From an uncultured Chloroflexia bacterium (GTDB lineage: Bacteria; Chloroflexota; UBA6077; JACCZL01): 64,000 nucleotides of DNA. This document shows positions 53,536 through 64,000 of this stretch, one piece after another. Position 1 is the stretch's first letter, and every line of letters starts with the position of its first letter. Under the pieces are notes generated by a model. That model was given only the letters and a program-made list of their open reading frames with translations. It searched no databases and had not been told where the DNA came from. The stretch covers positions 64,001 to 128,000 of the forward strand of contig CAVXYC010000015.1 in NCBI GenBank assembly GCA_963765765.1. The letters run 5' to 3'. The position numbers were made by a program, and so were the translations under genes.

Positions 53536-54723
53536 CTAGTCTCGGAACTTCTCCACGGTCCCCATCAGATCGTAATTGATCCCGATGGCACGCAGGGCCT
53601 GCTCTTCACGACGGATGGCGATCATCGGCTCGTTGCGGGCCGGGTCTCGGACCACGCCGAGCGGATCTTCTCCCCGGGCGATACGCTCGATCTGCTCGCG
53701 GAGGAGGCTACGGAACAGGATGACGCCTTTGTCTGACGTGCCCAGCCGCTCGGCTGTTCGGTCCGAGATCGGTCCCTGGGTAATCCAGGCCATCATGTCC
53801 TGGGCATTGATGTTGTCAACAATGAGCTTGCCGTGCTCGTCCTGGTAGGGATTGTCCCAGATCGGAACCTCGAGCGGAACAGACTCGCCTGGCTGTAGTG
53901 GTTTGACCTGATACCAATAGTGTCGTGTCTCGTGATCATTTATCGGCACTCGCACCTGGAACATGGGACCGTACTTGCTGTTCACCGCCAGAATATTGGG
54001 GAAGATTACTGGGTGGCCGATCCGCCAGTCGTCTGAGTCCTCGGTGTCTCCCTCAAGGAGCCGGCGCTTCATGATGCCGTGCTCCCAGACGTCGAAGGCG
54101 ATGCGGAGATGTCTCTTGGGTGTGGATGCCTCGGGCGCACCTTTTCGCCGCATGACATAGTTGCTGTAGATCGCGTGCAGATATTCCACGTGGACGGGGT
54201 CCATGGAATTCTCCATGATCTGCAGCCAGTTGCATGGCAGCCGAGCTACGCCAACGTCCCGTGCCCGATCTGGAATGACGAAGAGGTCATAACGCGGCAG
54301 CAGCGGAGCTGGCGTCGGGCCGAGGTACGCCCAGATCAACCCGCCCATCTCCTGGACCGGATATGCCGGGATTCGGACTCGATGTTTGAACGTGCTGGTT
54401 TCCGGCTCGGCTGGCTGCTCCAGACACACGCCCTGGTCACTGAATTTCCACCCGTGGTAGGGGCAGCGCAGGCCACCGTCCTCCGGGATGCCATAGACCA
54501 TGCTCGCACCGCGGTGCGGGCAGCGTTCAGCCATCAGCCCCATTTCACCGCTGGGCGAGCGATAGAGCGCCAGGTGCTCTCCGAGGATCTCAACGGGTAG
54601 CACAGGCTCATTCTTCAGCTCCGCGCTGGCGGCAACTGGATGCCAGTACCGACGCAAGACGTTGCCCATGGGCGTACCCGGACCGACTTGCGTGAGCAGT
54701 CGATTCGCTTCCGAGGTGAGCAT
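53536..54723 (-). CDS. Rieske aromatic oxygenase alpha subunit (second paralog)
   Basis: CPHRGAS...CPYHGW, ENSMDPVH.EYLH, QDMMAW.TQG.I.DRT.E.LG.SD. Confidence 0.92.
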   Translation of the reverse strand: MLTSEANRLLTQVGPGTPMGNVLRRYWHPVAASAELKNEPVLPVEILGEHLALYRSPSGEMGLMAERCPHRGASMVYGIPEDGGLRCPYHGWKFSDQGVCLEQPAEPETSTFKHRVRIPAYPVQEMGGLIWAYLGPTPAPLLPRYDLFVIPDRARDVGVARLPCNWLQIMENSMDPVHVEYLHAIYSNYVMRRKGAPEASTPKRHLRIAFDVWEHGIMKRRLLEGDTEDSDDWRIGHPVIFPNILAVNSKYGPMFQVRVPINDHETRHYWYQVKPLQPGESVPLEVPIWDNPYQDEHGKLIVDNINAQDMMAWITQGPISDRTAERLGTSDKGVILFRSLLREQIERIARGEDPLGVVRDPARNEPMIAIRREEQALRAIGINYDLMGTVEKFRD

Positions 54724-54825
54724 TTGAGATCCTCCGAATGCCTGCGCTGCTCCGATAATACTGCCTCCAACGAAGCTGCAGGCATTGATGCTCGACGTGG
54801 CTATCGTTGCTGTACGATCTGAGCC

Positions 54826-56242
54826 ATGAATTCGGATGATCTCTGCTACACGCCAGCGTTGGATCTGGCGAGGCTGATCCGTGAGCGCGAAATCTCATCC
54901 ACCGAGCTTCTCGAAGCGTTTTTCGCTCGCATCGAACGCGTCAACCCAGCGATCAACGCGTACTGCACTGTGGCCTACGAGCGGGCCCACGAGGAGGCGC
55001 GCGAGGCGGACGCGGCGTTGCTCAGTGGCGAGCCGCTCGGAACGATCCACGGGATTCCTGTCTCGATCAAGGACCTCACGGCCACCACGGGTGTTCGCAC
55101 GACGATGGGGTCGAAGATCTTCGAGCACCACATCCCCACAGCTGATGCTCCCTTTGTACGCCGTGTGCGAGCGGCCGGCGGGATCATCATCGGGAAGACG
55201 AACACTCCTGAGTTCGGCTGCAAGGGTGTCACGGACAACAGGATTTTCGGGGCCACGCGCAATCCCTGGAATTTAGACATGGTCTCTGGCGGCTCCAGCG
55301 GAGGCGCGGCAGCTTCAGTGGCCGCCGGACTGGGACCGCTAGCGCACGGTACAGATCTGGCTGGCTCGGTCCGGATACCAGCGGCAGCCTGCGGTGTGGT
55401 CGGGCTCAAGCCGGGCCCGGGACGAATCGCACGAGCGCCTGCGGCGAATGCCTGGAACACCCTGGCGGTGGATGGTCCGATCGCCCGAACGGTGCGCGAT
55501 ACGGCGCTCCTATTTGACGCCGTTGTGGGCCCAGATTCGCGCGATCCGATCTCGCTTCCCTCAACGGGCGAAAACTTTGTCGATGAGTGCGACCGCGCTC
55601 TTGGTCCGATTCGAGTAGCCTGGAGCGCAAACCTCGGTTACGCGCCAGTGGAGGCCGAGGTGAGCCGAGTTGCGGAAGAAGCAGCAATGATGTTCGCTCA
55701 ACTCGGAGCGGACTTGGAAGCCGACGATCCGGGCTTCGCCGATCCAGACGATCTATTTCGGCGTCTCACCGGCGCCGCGCGATCGGTGGCATTTACGAAG
55801 TACCTTGATGATTGGTCCGACCAGATGGACCCAATTCTTATCGAGCGGATGCACATGACGGACTCCATGTCCGCTGATGACCTGGAGCGCCTGAATCACG
55901 AGCGGACCGAGCTATGGCTCAAAGTCGCGACGTTCTTCGAAAGCTACGATCTGCTCATAACGCCGACGCTCGCGATGGCGCCTTTCCCGATTACGAATGC
56001 TTATCCGCCATCGTCCGTGGCCAGGGCTCGCTGTAGACACGCCAACGGCCTGGTTCCCGTTCACGTTTCCCTTCAACCTGACGGGCAATCCCGCCATCAC
56101 CGTGCCCGCTGGCTGGACTTCAGGTGGATTGCCGGTCGGACTGCAGATCGTCGCGCGCCGGAATGAAGAGGCGCTTCTCTTCCGCGCGGCCGCGGCGTTC
56201 GAGTCGGCGAGGCCGTGGGCGGGAAGTCGACCGGCTCTTTAG
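54826..56242 (+). CDS. Amidase signature family enzyme (3' frameshift)
   Basis: GIPVSIKD, GKTNTPEFG, GGSSGG, GTD.AGSVRIPA, PFNLTG.PA, GLPVGLQ. Confidence 0.92.
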
Positions 56243-56300
56243 TCCAGTAAACGCCCACGGCGCTTCGCGCCGGGTCGTACATACAGGAGCCGTCAGTCGA

Positions 56301-57672
56301 TCATGCCCACTTTGTCGTTGCTAGCACTTCGTGCGCGGCTCGCAGGCCACTGGAGATGGCGCCGTTCATCGTGGCCTGCCATGCGTCGGTGTGCTCGCCA
56401 GCAAAGTGAATGCGGCCAACCGGCTGAGCCAGTATCGGGCCGAGCCGAGTGAGATCCCCGGGCTCAAAATAGGAATAGGTCCCGAGACTGAACGGGTCTT
56501 TGTCCCAGATGGCCGTGTAGCCAACCTCAAAGCTGCTGCTTGCGTTGGGAAAGAGCTGGTCGAGCTGTCTCAGACACCAGTTGATCCGATCGCTCTCTAT
56601 CAGCTCGGCCAACGCTCGACCCTTCTTGCCCGGCCGTGTACGTTCCTAGAATCCCGCGTTCGCCTGGCTGATCCCGAGTGGCGTCCCAAGCGGACAGAAA
56701 TGGCAGATCGGTCATTATTCCGCGGAGTCGCTGACGCTCGAGCCAGAACCTTCGACTGAATTGCATGAGCACCTTCACGACGGTCCCGTACTTGAGATCC
56801 TGAATGGCCTCAGCGTGGGAGCGCGGTAACGAGGGGCTGAACCTGACCCGCTGCAGCGCCGGAGTGGGCACCGCAACGATGACCTGCCCAGACTCCAGCT
56901 CTCTCGGGGAGCCCGCGATCTCCACGGTAACACTCGCTGAGTGTTCAGTCTGCCGCACCTCCATGACTTGGGCGTTGAGTATCACGCGGTCGCCAAGCTC
57001 CGCGGCCATTGCGCGAGGCAACAGGTCCATTCCGTCAGATGGTCGCCCAACGTCTGGTCCGGTCGCCGATCGATAGAGCCGATCGTCGCGCGCAAACTGA
57101 AGCAGGGAGATGCGATCGTTCTCGATCGAATAGTCCAGACGCTGCCAGACGTCGAGATACGTCGATACAAGCGGCGTAAGTTCCAGATCATCCAGCCAGT
57201 CGCGAACGGAGCGCGCGTCCAGCTCCTTCGCCGAGGGCGCGAGCCATGGGTGGTACGGATCTGGAATTTTTCGACCCATTAGGGCCGTTCTGCGTCCGAG
57301 GCGTCGCAGGTCCGTCGCTGCCTCGGTTCCGAAAGCCGCCACCGTTCGACCCACAGTGCGATGCTCGCCGAATACGTACAGGCGGGGTGCGGAGGGCCCA
57401 TTGCGATTGAGAAGGCGAAAGCGCCGAAGCATGGACTGAGTGTAGGTATGCTCGGCACTGACATATTCTGCTCCGGCCTCTCCATGGAGTCCGTCAGAGA
57501 AGGGCGCGCGAATCGTATGCACACGTCCGCCCACTCGATCGCGGGCCTCGAGCACCACAAAGTCCAGGGCGCGGTCCTTGAGCTCGAGCGCCGCGGCGAG
57601 CCCCGCGAGGCCGGCTCCAATGACGATGGCGTGAGGCCGTGCTTTTTGGGTCAGAATGGCTCGGTCCCGCAC
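56301..57672 (-). CDS. Flavin monoamine oxidase family protein (frameshift ~56610)
   Basis: GAGLAGL, EARDRVGGR, FAGEHT...TM.GAI.SG.RAA. Confidence 0.9.
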
Positions 57673-57853
57673 TAGCGAACAGCGACGGCGATTATGAGCG
57701 CCACGCTACGCCTCTCCCAACGGGTTCGGCCGCTTGGATCGCCATCCTGTTCTTCGTATTCGCGCGCTAGCTCAGACTGGAACATGCGCATTGCTAGCCG
57801 GCGAACTCAGATGTGCACGACGAATCGTATCGAAGCATCAGTACGTGGTTGAG

Positions 57854-58573
57854 CTACTCAGGCGTCGCCTGCGTGCGCTGAAAGTCCACGAAACGGTAGC
57901 CCAGCCCACGTTCAGTCAGGATGTAACGGGGATTCGCCGGGTCTTGCTCCAGCTTCTGCCGGAGATAGTTGATGTACAGCCGTAAATAGTGGCTGGCATC
58001 GCGGTATTCTGGGCCCCACACCCGCGACAGCAACGCCTCATGAGACAAGAGGACACCGGGGTTACTTGCAAGATGGAAAAGCAGTCGATACTCCGTCGGC
58101 CGAAGCTGCACTTTCTCGTTATCGACTGTGACTTCATGTCGCTCGAAATCAATTGAGAGTCGATCGTCGACCTTAATGGGCCCTCGCGGCGCCGAAGGCG
58201 TCGTCTCAGCTCTTCGCATGACCGCTTTGATGCGGCTGAGCAGCACAGGCTGACTAAACGGCTTGGAAACGTAGTCATCCGCTCCGAGCTGGAGCCCCAG
58301 GATCAGGTCCTGATCATCCGACTTCACAGTAAGCATGATCACGGGGATGGTCGAGAACTTACGCAGCTCACGCAGCGTCTCAAAGCCGTCCATCTCCGGC
58401 ATCATGACGTCCATCACTACCAGGTCGGGAAGCTGCGTGCGAACCTTCTCCAGCGCCTCTACGCCACTCTGAGCTTCGAGAACGTTATAGCCCTCGACTT
58501 CCAGGTTCATCCGCACGGAATCGAGAATCCTGGGCTGGTCGTCAACCAGCAGAATAGTGCGGCGCTCTTTCAT
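57854..58573 (-). CDS. OmpR/KdpE-type response regulator
   Basis: VDD, DVMMPEMDG, GADDY..KPF, wHTH YLRQKLE..P..P.YI.TERG.GY. Confidence 0.93.
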   Translation of the reverse strand: MKERRTILLVDDQPRILDSVRMNLEVEGYNVLEAQSGVEALEKVRTQLPDLVVMDVMMPEMDGFETLRELRKFSTIPVIMLTVKSDDQDLILGLQLGADDYVSKPFSQPVLLSRIKAVMRRAETTPSAPRGPIKVDDRLSIDFERHEVTVDNEKVQLRPTEYRLLFHLASNPGVLLSHEALLSRVWGPEYRDASHYLRLYINYLRQKLEQDPANPRYILTERGLGYRFVDFQRTQATPE

Positions 58574-59751
58574 GCGTTCTGGCTCAACGGTAATGCGATG
58601 ATGAACGTGCTCCCTTGTCCGGGTCCCGGCGACTCCACCCATGTGCGGCCGCCATGTGCATCAATAATAGCCTTGACGATAAATAAGCCAAGGCCGACCC
58701 CCGGGGTCGTTCGGCTCAAGCTCGTATCCACGCGGTGGAACCGATCGAAGATGTGCTCGCGTTCTTCTTCGGCTACACCGATTCCCTGATCCCTCACGGC
58801 GATGCACAGCTCGTTCTGGACGGCCTGAACACCGACCGTGATGCCGGACTCCGCCGGCGAGTACTTGATTGCATTATCAATGAGATTCTGAATCGCTCGC
58901 CGTAGTTTGTCGGCATCCGCTCGCACCGGTGGCAGGTCTGGTGATATCGAAAGGTCGATGCGTCTGTCGGGCGCCTTGATCCGCATAGCCTGGACCGCAT
59001 CGCCGACCAGCTCGCCAATCTCCACGAGAGAGAATGCCATCGCGACGCGCCCTGCCTGGATCCGCGAGATGTCCAGCAGGTCCGTCACGAGCCCCTGGAG
59101 CCGGCTGCATTCGTCCTCGATCGTGCTGGCAATCCGCCGAACCACTTCGGGCCGCCAGGCTCCGTCGGGGTTTCCCAGCGTACTTGCATAACCTTTGATG
59201 ATGGCGATCGGCGTCTGGAGCTCATGACTGACAATGCCCACGAAGCTCTCTTGCATCGCTTGAAGCCGCTGGCGCTCTAAAGAAGCTTCCTGAAGCAGTC
59301 GAGATGATTGAATGGCCGCCGCAGCTTGCTGCGCGAAGATCTCGAGAAGACGTACATCACGCACCTGGAACTGGCGAGCGGAGGCAGGCCGGAACACGTA
59401 GATCACCCCGACAACATCCTGCTCCTGAGTGAGAGGAAGAGCGAGGATGTGCTCCAGGCGATGTCGGCCCGGCCAGCGCAGATCACTCGGGATCAACACG
59501 AGCGGTAGATTCTCACCCGTCCGACCGAGGATGGAGAGGATCGTCCGATCAAGGCGAGGGTGGAGGAGCTGGACGTCGACCGCCTCGAGCCCGTAGCTCG
59601 CACGCGGGATGAAGCGCTGGAGCCGGGTTTCCCAGAGGGCGATGGCGCCGGCGCTTCCCTCGAGAATCTGCACGGCGCTGACCATGATGAGATTGAGAAC
59701 CGTTGAGAGGTCCTCATGCTCCGGCTGTCTCGTCTCGGTCCGCGTCACCAT
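58570..59751 (-). CDS. GAF-domain sensor histidine kinase
   Basis: SHELQTP, NLIDNAIKYS, D.G.G, F.RF.R, G.GLGL; overlaps RR start (ATGA). Confidence 0.92.
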   Translation of the reverse strand: MVTRTETRQPEHEDLSTVLNLIMVSAVQILEGSAGAIALWETRLQRFIPRASYGLEAVDVQLLHPRLDRTILSILGRTGENLPLVLIPSDLRWPGRHRLEHILALPLTQEQDVVGVIYVFRPASARQFQVRDVRLLEIFAQQAAAAIQSSRLLQEASLERQRLQAMQESFVGIVSHELQTPIAIIKGYASTLGNPDGAWRPEVVRRIASTIEDECSRLQGLVTDLLDISRIQAGRVAMAFSLVEIGELVGDAVQAMRIKAPDRRIDLSISPDLPPVRADADKLRRAIQNLIDNAIKYSPAESGITVGVQAVQNELCIAVRDQGIGVAEEEREHIFDRFHRVDTSLSRTTPGVGLGLFIVKAIIDAHGGRTWVESPGPGQGSTFIIALPLSQNA

Positions 59752-59958
59752 AGAGGTTGGCTCGCAGAAGAATAGCATGCCAGGGGCCAGGGGCTAGAGG
59801 CGAGCGGGAGGTGAAGATAAATGAAGAGTTGAGAATCTCGTCGCCTCTCGCCTCTCGTGATCCGACTCTCTCATCCCCTTCCGCAAATGCTCGGAGCGTT
59901 CTATCGCTCGGTAGGGCGCGGCGTTCAGGAGTGACGTCGCCCTGCGAGTGAGAGGGGC

Positions 59959-60657
59959 ATGAATTCCTCCGTTGTTATTCGACTCATCGCGGCGCTTGTG
60001 GCAGCCGTGCCGTTTCTCTGGAAAGACGCTGGACCAAGAATCGGCCCAGTCGAAGCGCACGTCGGATTGTCCCAGCGGCCTCACTCTCCGTTGGGTCAGC
60101 TTCTACCGGAGTTCCGCAGCGCCCGAGACACGATGGATCGATCGAAGCTGTTGATGAGCAAAGTCGATGCAAACAAAGAGCAGGCAACCCCGCGACCCGC
60201 CCGGTGACCGCGATCCAGCTTCAGCTCCTGCAACTGATCGAGGCCGGCGTGACGGAGCTTCGTGGCCTACAGAAGACCGCGGATGTCTCGATGGAGCTCC
60301 TCGATCGCAACGGTTTGCGTGACTACCTGTTGGCCGTTGCGTCTGACACTGATCATCGATTCTCTTTTTATGGAGCATGCTGACTGCCGGCTCGCCCTCG
60401 TCATTCGGACCTCCTGGGATACGGGGCACGATGCCCCGGAGTTCCATAACGCGATGAGCGAGAGTCAGCGGAATCGATTCCAAATCACCTTGCCCGCGTT
60501 CCAGCGGTTTTCTGCCTGGCAGCTACTCGCCTCAGCAGAGTATTCGGCGCTGGTGAGCAGAAATCGGAGCGAAGCCCTCGTCGCGATCACGTCAGACGAG
60601 CCAACGGCACTGCAGATGGCCAGCCGCCTGGGATTCCAACGACCCTACTGGCAGTAG
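59959..60657 (+). CDS. Hypothetical protein, probably one frameshifted gene
   Basis: GAGGGG RBS, hydrophobic N-terminus, coding-like pieces in successive frames. Confidence 0.4.
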
Positions 60658-60736
60658 AAACTCTTCAGCCACACTGCCGCGGGTCCAGGCGTCATTTGTT
60701 GCCGCTTGCACAGGGCTCACGTAAGCTGAATTTGTA

Positions 60737-62143
60737 ATGGCGCTCCTGTTCCGACTTCTTCTCGCCGTCTCGCTACTCACAAACGTTGGGCTCGGCTGGG
60801 TGTACCTCACTGGGCAGCGAGAGGTAGAGCAGGCGCACGCTGACGTCGAGCGACTTCAGATGCAGGTCACTGAGCTCAACGCCGAGCTGCGCCAGGCACG
60901 TTCCGGATCAACACAGTTTCGTGCCGACCAAGCTACGGCGGACGCACCCGTGGAACCGCCCGCGCCGGTCGGTCAGCCTGCGCCTCCAGAGGTGCTGGCG
61001 GAGCTCCATCGCATCGAGGACTCGGTGACCGCCATTCGCGGCTTGACGCCGAAATCAGATGTGCCGATCGTATTTCTGGATAGAGACCAGCTTCACCAGT
61101 ATTTCCAGGAGTCTTTTGACCACGAGTACACGCCAGAAGAGCGCGTTCAGGATCAAAAGCTCCTTTCCTACATTGGACTCGTTCCTTCGAGCTTCGACCT
61201 ACCCTCATTTATCGTGGACCTTCTGGGCGAGCAAGTCGTCGGCTTCTACGATGACGACCAGAAGCGCATGGCGCTCATCGGTGAAGCATCGGACCTGAGC
61301 CCGGACGAGCGGATCACCTTTGCTCACGAGTACAACCACACGCTTCAGGATCAGCACTTTGACCTGCGTAAGCTTAATCCGCCGGACTCAGAGAACGATG
61401 ACCAGAGTCTGGCTGTTCAGGCGTTGGTTGAAGGTGATGCCGTTCTGCTCATGAGCCTATGGGCAAACCAGAACCTGACTCGAACTGAAATGGAGCAGGC
61501 GTCGCGCGGTGGCGGAGAAGATCAGAATCTCCGCCAGGCGCCACTGGTCCTGCGAACTGAGCTTCTGTTCCCATACACCGATGGCGCTCGGTTCGTTCGC
61601 GTGCTTTACGATCAAGGCGGCTTCGCGGCAGTGGATCAGGCTTTCCGTGAGCCGCCACGTTCCACTGAGCAGATCCTTCACCCTGAAAAATTCAATCAGC
61701 GAAACGAGCCCATACCGGTGGAGATCGTCGCTACTGATCAAATTCTGGGACCTGGTTGGACGGATGTCACATCGAACACGCTCGGCGAACTCGATCTCCG
61801 AATTCTGATCGAGCAATTTACGGATCGGAATACCGGCAACCGCGCCGCCGCTGGTTGGGGCGGTGATCGCTATCGTCTCGTTGAGCGCAGTGATGGTCAG
61901 CTCGGGCTCATTTTGCAAACTGCCTGGGATACGCAGAATGACGCCGATGAGTTCGCAACTGCCCTAAGTCAGGGGCTCAGGAAGCGATTTGGAGTGAGCA
62001 ACACTGATACGACGGGATCGCGGGTGCTAATACGGAATTCGGAACAGCCGTCTCTCATTGTCAAACGCGGCAGTGACGTTCTTCTGGTCATGGGGCCAGA
62101 TGAAGCCATGTTGACGCAAGCCGCGAACGCGCTGGGGTTTTGA
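60737..62143 (+). CDS. Membrane-anchored putative zinc metallopeptidase
   Basis: N-terminal TM + coiled coil; AHEYNHTLQDQHFD (HExxH), ALVEGDA, FPY..G, PP.STEQ.LHP. Confidence 0.8.
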   Translation: MALLFRLLLAVSLLTNVGLGWVYLTGQREVEQAHADVERLQMQVTELNAELRQARSGSTQFRADQATADAPVEPPAPVGQPAPPEVLAELHRIEDSVTAIRGLTPKSDVPIVFLDRDQLHQYFQESFDHEYTPEERVQDQKLLSYIGLVPSSFDLPSFIVDLLGEQVVGFYDDDQKRMALIGEASDLSPDERITFAHEYNHTLQDQHFDLRKLNPPDSENDDQSLAVQALVEGDAVLLMSLWANQNLTRTEMEQASRGGGEDQNLRQAPLVLRTELLFPYTDGARFVRVLYDQGGFAAVDQAFREPPRSTEQILHPEKFNQRNEPIPVEIVATDQILGPGWTDVTSNTLGELDLRILIEQFTDRNTGNRAAAGWGGDRYRLVERSDGQLGLILQTAWDTQNDADEFATALSQGLRKRFGVSNTDTTGSRVLIRNSEQPSLIVKRGSDVLLVMGPDEAMLTQAANALGF

Positions 62144-62158
62144 GAGCCTTCCGATCCA

Positions 62159-62235
62159 GTGGGGCGGGTCTCCGTACCCGCCAGCAGTCAACTCCAATCG
62201 GACACAACACTGGCGGGTACGGAGACCCGCCCCAC
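62159..62235. repeat. GTGG-type REP-like inverted doublet
   Basis: 26-bp perfect IR GTGGGGCGGGTCTCCGTACCCGCCAG; arm contains GGCGGGT/ACCCGCC hairpin. Confidence 0.85.
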
Positions 62236-62263
62236 CGCGATCTGATCACAATTGGCCGCAAGC

Positions 62264-62297
62264 AAAAAAGAGCGGGCCTCGTGAGGCCTGCTCTTTT
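62264..62297. terminator. Bidirectional intrinsic terminator
   Basis: AAAAAAGAGCGGGCCTC-gt-GAGGCCTGCTCTTTT. Confidence 0.8.
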
Positions 62298-62314
62298 ATC
62301 GTTCGGACTAGTAA

Positions 62315-62885
62315 CTAGTTGTTGTCGTTATTTTCCTCGTTGTCGTTGTCCAGACCGCTGCGGCCTTTAACGCCGAAGCCAGCAGAGCCAACTTCCTCAT
62401 CATTGAGATACATGATGATGTTGTAGGCTAGCGCCGGGGAGATTCGCTGGCGCGGCGAGAACTCCCAATGCGCTCAGCATGCCCGGCTGGGCATACGTGG
62501 CAGGATCGTTTCCGTACTCGCCTCTGTGATCCAGCTTGAAACCAATGCGGCGCTCAGGAAACTGACAGCAACCGGGAACTTTCCCCCAGGCGTAATCTCC
62601 TTCGTTTGCGCGCACGAGAAACGTCAGCGCACCACCAGTGTAGCCGGTGTACTCGGTCGTGACCCAAACGTCGTCGGAATCCGAGAATTCCGTTTGAGGG
62701 TTTGTCGGAATAAAGTCTTGACTGACCGCCGTCGCAAACTTAATTGCGCCGAGCCTGAAGTTTCCAACGTCTGCCGACGGAGCTGCCTGGGCAGTTCCGC
62801 TTCCTAGCCCTGCTCGGTCCAATACGCCGCCAGCCATGAACGCCGTACTAACGACTAGCGCACCCGCCACTAATACCCGCCGCAT
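62315..62885 (-). CDS. Secreted hypothetical protein with acidic DN-rich tail (frameshift ~62430)
   Basis: Signal-like N-terminus ending AQA; alternate frame continues YNIIMYLNDEEVGSAGFGVKG...DNDNEENNDNN*. Confidence 0.65.
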
Positions 62886-63048
62886 ACACTTACGCTCCCG
62901 TTCAATAAGTTGCGCCGCCCGAGCTTACGCGCGGCACAGATGGGCGCATTGTGTCACGTTTCACCGGCAACTGCACGCACCAATATGACTACTCCATCGT
63001 GGGGATTCGGGGTGCAGATCGCGCGATTTTTACCGGAGGTGTGAAGGC

Positions 63049-63432
63049 CTACTGAATGCGAACGACCGGGTGCGCTGCTGACCACAGCTCCTCGAGGTTG
63101 TAGTACTCGCGCTGCGACGGTGAGAAAATGTGGACCACGACGTCGCTGTAATCCATGAGCACCCACCCTGAATCGGGCGAGCCCTCCACATGGGTGGGAC
63201 GAATGCGGTCTTCATTTCTCAGCGCGTCCGTGATGTCGCGCTGAATCGCCTGGAGCTGACGCTCGGAACCGCCTGAGCAGATGACGAAGTAGTCGGCGAT
63301 TTCTGTGATCGGTCGAAGATCAAGCAAGACGATATCAGCCGCCTGCTTGTCTGACGCAATGTCAACGATGCGCCGGGCCAGGGCGTCCGGCTCAAGTCTT
63401 TGAGGTCTGGGTGAGTGCTCGGCGGTAGTCAT
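63049..63432 (-). CDS. rsfS: Ribosome silencing factor
   Basis: DKQA.DI..LD, ADYFVICSG.S.RQ, W.L.DY.DVVVHIF...REYY.LE.LW. Confidence 0.95.
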   Translation of the reverse strand: MTTAEHSPRPQRLEPDALARRIVDIASDKQAADIVLLDLRPITEIADYFVICSGGSERQLQAIQRDITDALRNEDRIRPTHVEGSPDSGWVLMDYSDVVVHIFSPSQREYYNLEELWSAAHPVVRIQ

Positions 63433-63550
63433 ATCGATGGGCTCATGATACCACGGGCGTTCTCGCGGCCACGTCCAAGGAGCGCTTCACACAGGCATCG
63501 ATGCCAACGCGTATTTCCGCGGAGTGAGCTTTGTAGGTGCGCCTGACGGT

Positions 63551-63559
63551 TGTTATACT
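63551..63559 (+). promoter_or_regulatory. Extended -10 promoter of the tRNA
   Basis: TGtTATACT about 20 bp upstream of the tRNA. Confidence 0.55.
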
Positions 63560-63579
63560 GCTCTCCTGTCGCCTACCTT

Positions 63580-63652
63580 GGGCCTGTAGCTCAGCTGGGA
63601 GAGCGCACGGTTCGCATCCGTGAGGTCAGGGGTTCGAATCCCCTCAGGTCCA
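63580..63652 (+). tRNA. tRNA-Ala (anticodon CGC), CCA not encoded
   Basis: Acceptor GGGCCTG/CAGGTCC with G3:U70, D arm AGCTCAGCTGGGAGAGC, anticodon arm CACGG-TTCGCAT-CCGTG, T arm GGTTCGAATCC. Confidence 0.97.
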
Positions 63653-64000
63653 CCCCCGTTGGTCATCACGTTCCTCTAGGCAGTACGGAGCTCAGCTCCC
63701 ATACGCTGCCTGCGCCTCTCAGGACAGCCCGGTGAGTGCCGAGAGGCAGATCAGGCTAGGCGGAACTCGCGGTGCAACCGGTAGCTCCAGCATTCGGTTC
63801 TGAACACCGACATGACATAACCGACATAACGTATATGTACTTCTGCAGGGGATTGCATCGTGTACACTGCCAATGTCGGAAGAAGCTTTCGACTATCTAA
63901 GTGACGCTGAGAAGGCTGCCTTTTAGGGCGCGGTAAACGCGTGGCGTCACACAATCAAGGTTGAGCGGAATCGAATACGGCGAGCGCGTTCCCACGCCAT

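Overview
GC-rich bacterial chromosome segment, most consistent with a Chloroflexota genome (inferred from gene repertoire, not proven). About 25 genes, including proC and hflK, carry 1-nt frameshifts, which points to uncorrected long-read indels. The backbone has housekeeping genes (hflK/hflC, proC, fabI, bioY, rsfS, tRNA-Ala(CGC), a GAF histidine kinase/response regulator pair). It also has many catabolic genes: two Rieske oxygenase alpha subunits, a dihydrodiol dehydrogenase-like enzyme, a LigB-type dioxygenase, a P450, LLMs, an amidohydrolase, an amidase, GMC and flavin amine oxidases, and MFS/TctC/SsuA transport proteins. Accessory DNA: (i) a complete ISKra4-type IS (3998-5511) with 20-bp IRs and a 9-bp target duplication; (ii) a low-GC islet with a solo HEPN-motif gene; (iii) two integrase-free cargo islands (~23.2-31.5 kb and ~41.5-43.9 kb), each bracketed by a diverged direct duplication of the host locus. 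The best find is in the first island. A CorE/ECF44-like Cys-rich sigma factor is flanked by two copies of the promoter motif GGTGTAACC-N13-GCGTCT. One copy points into a DUF4396 + two-domain multicopper oxidase operon and the other into a CREST/ceramidase-like membrane protein, suggesting a compact metal (probably copper) regulon with an unexpected member. Also noted: several families of REP/REPIN-like inverted doublets and a ~360-nt structured, possibly switch-like leader or ncRNA upstream of the thioesterase-proC-fabI-bioY cluster.
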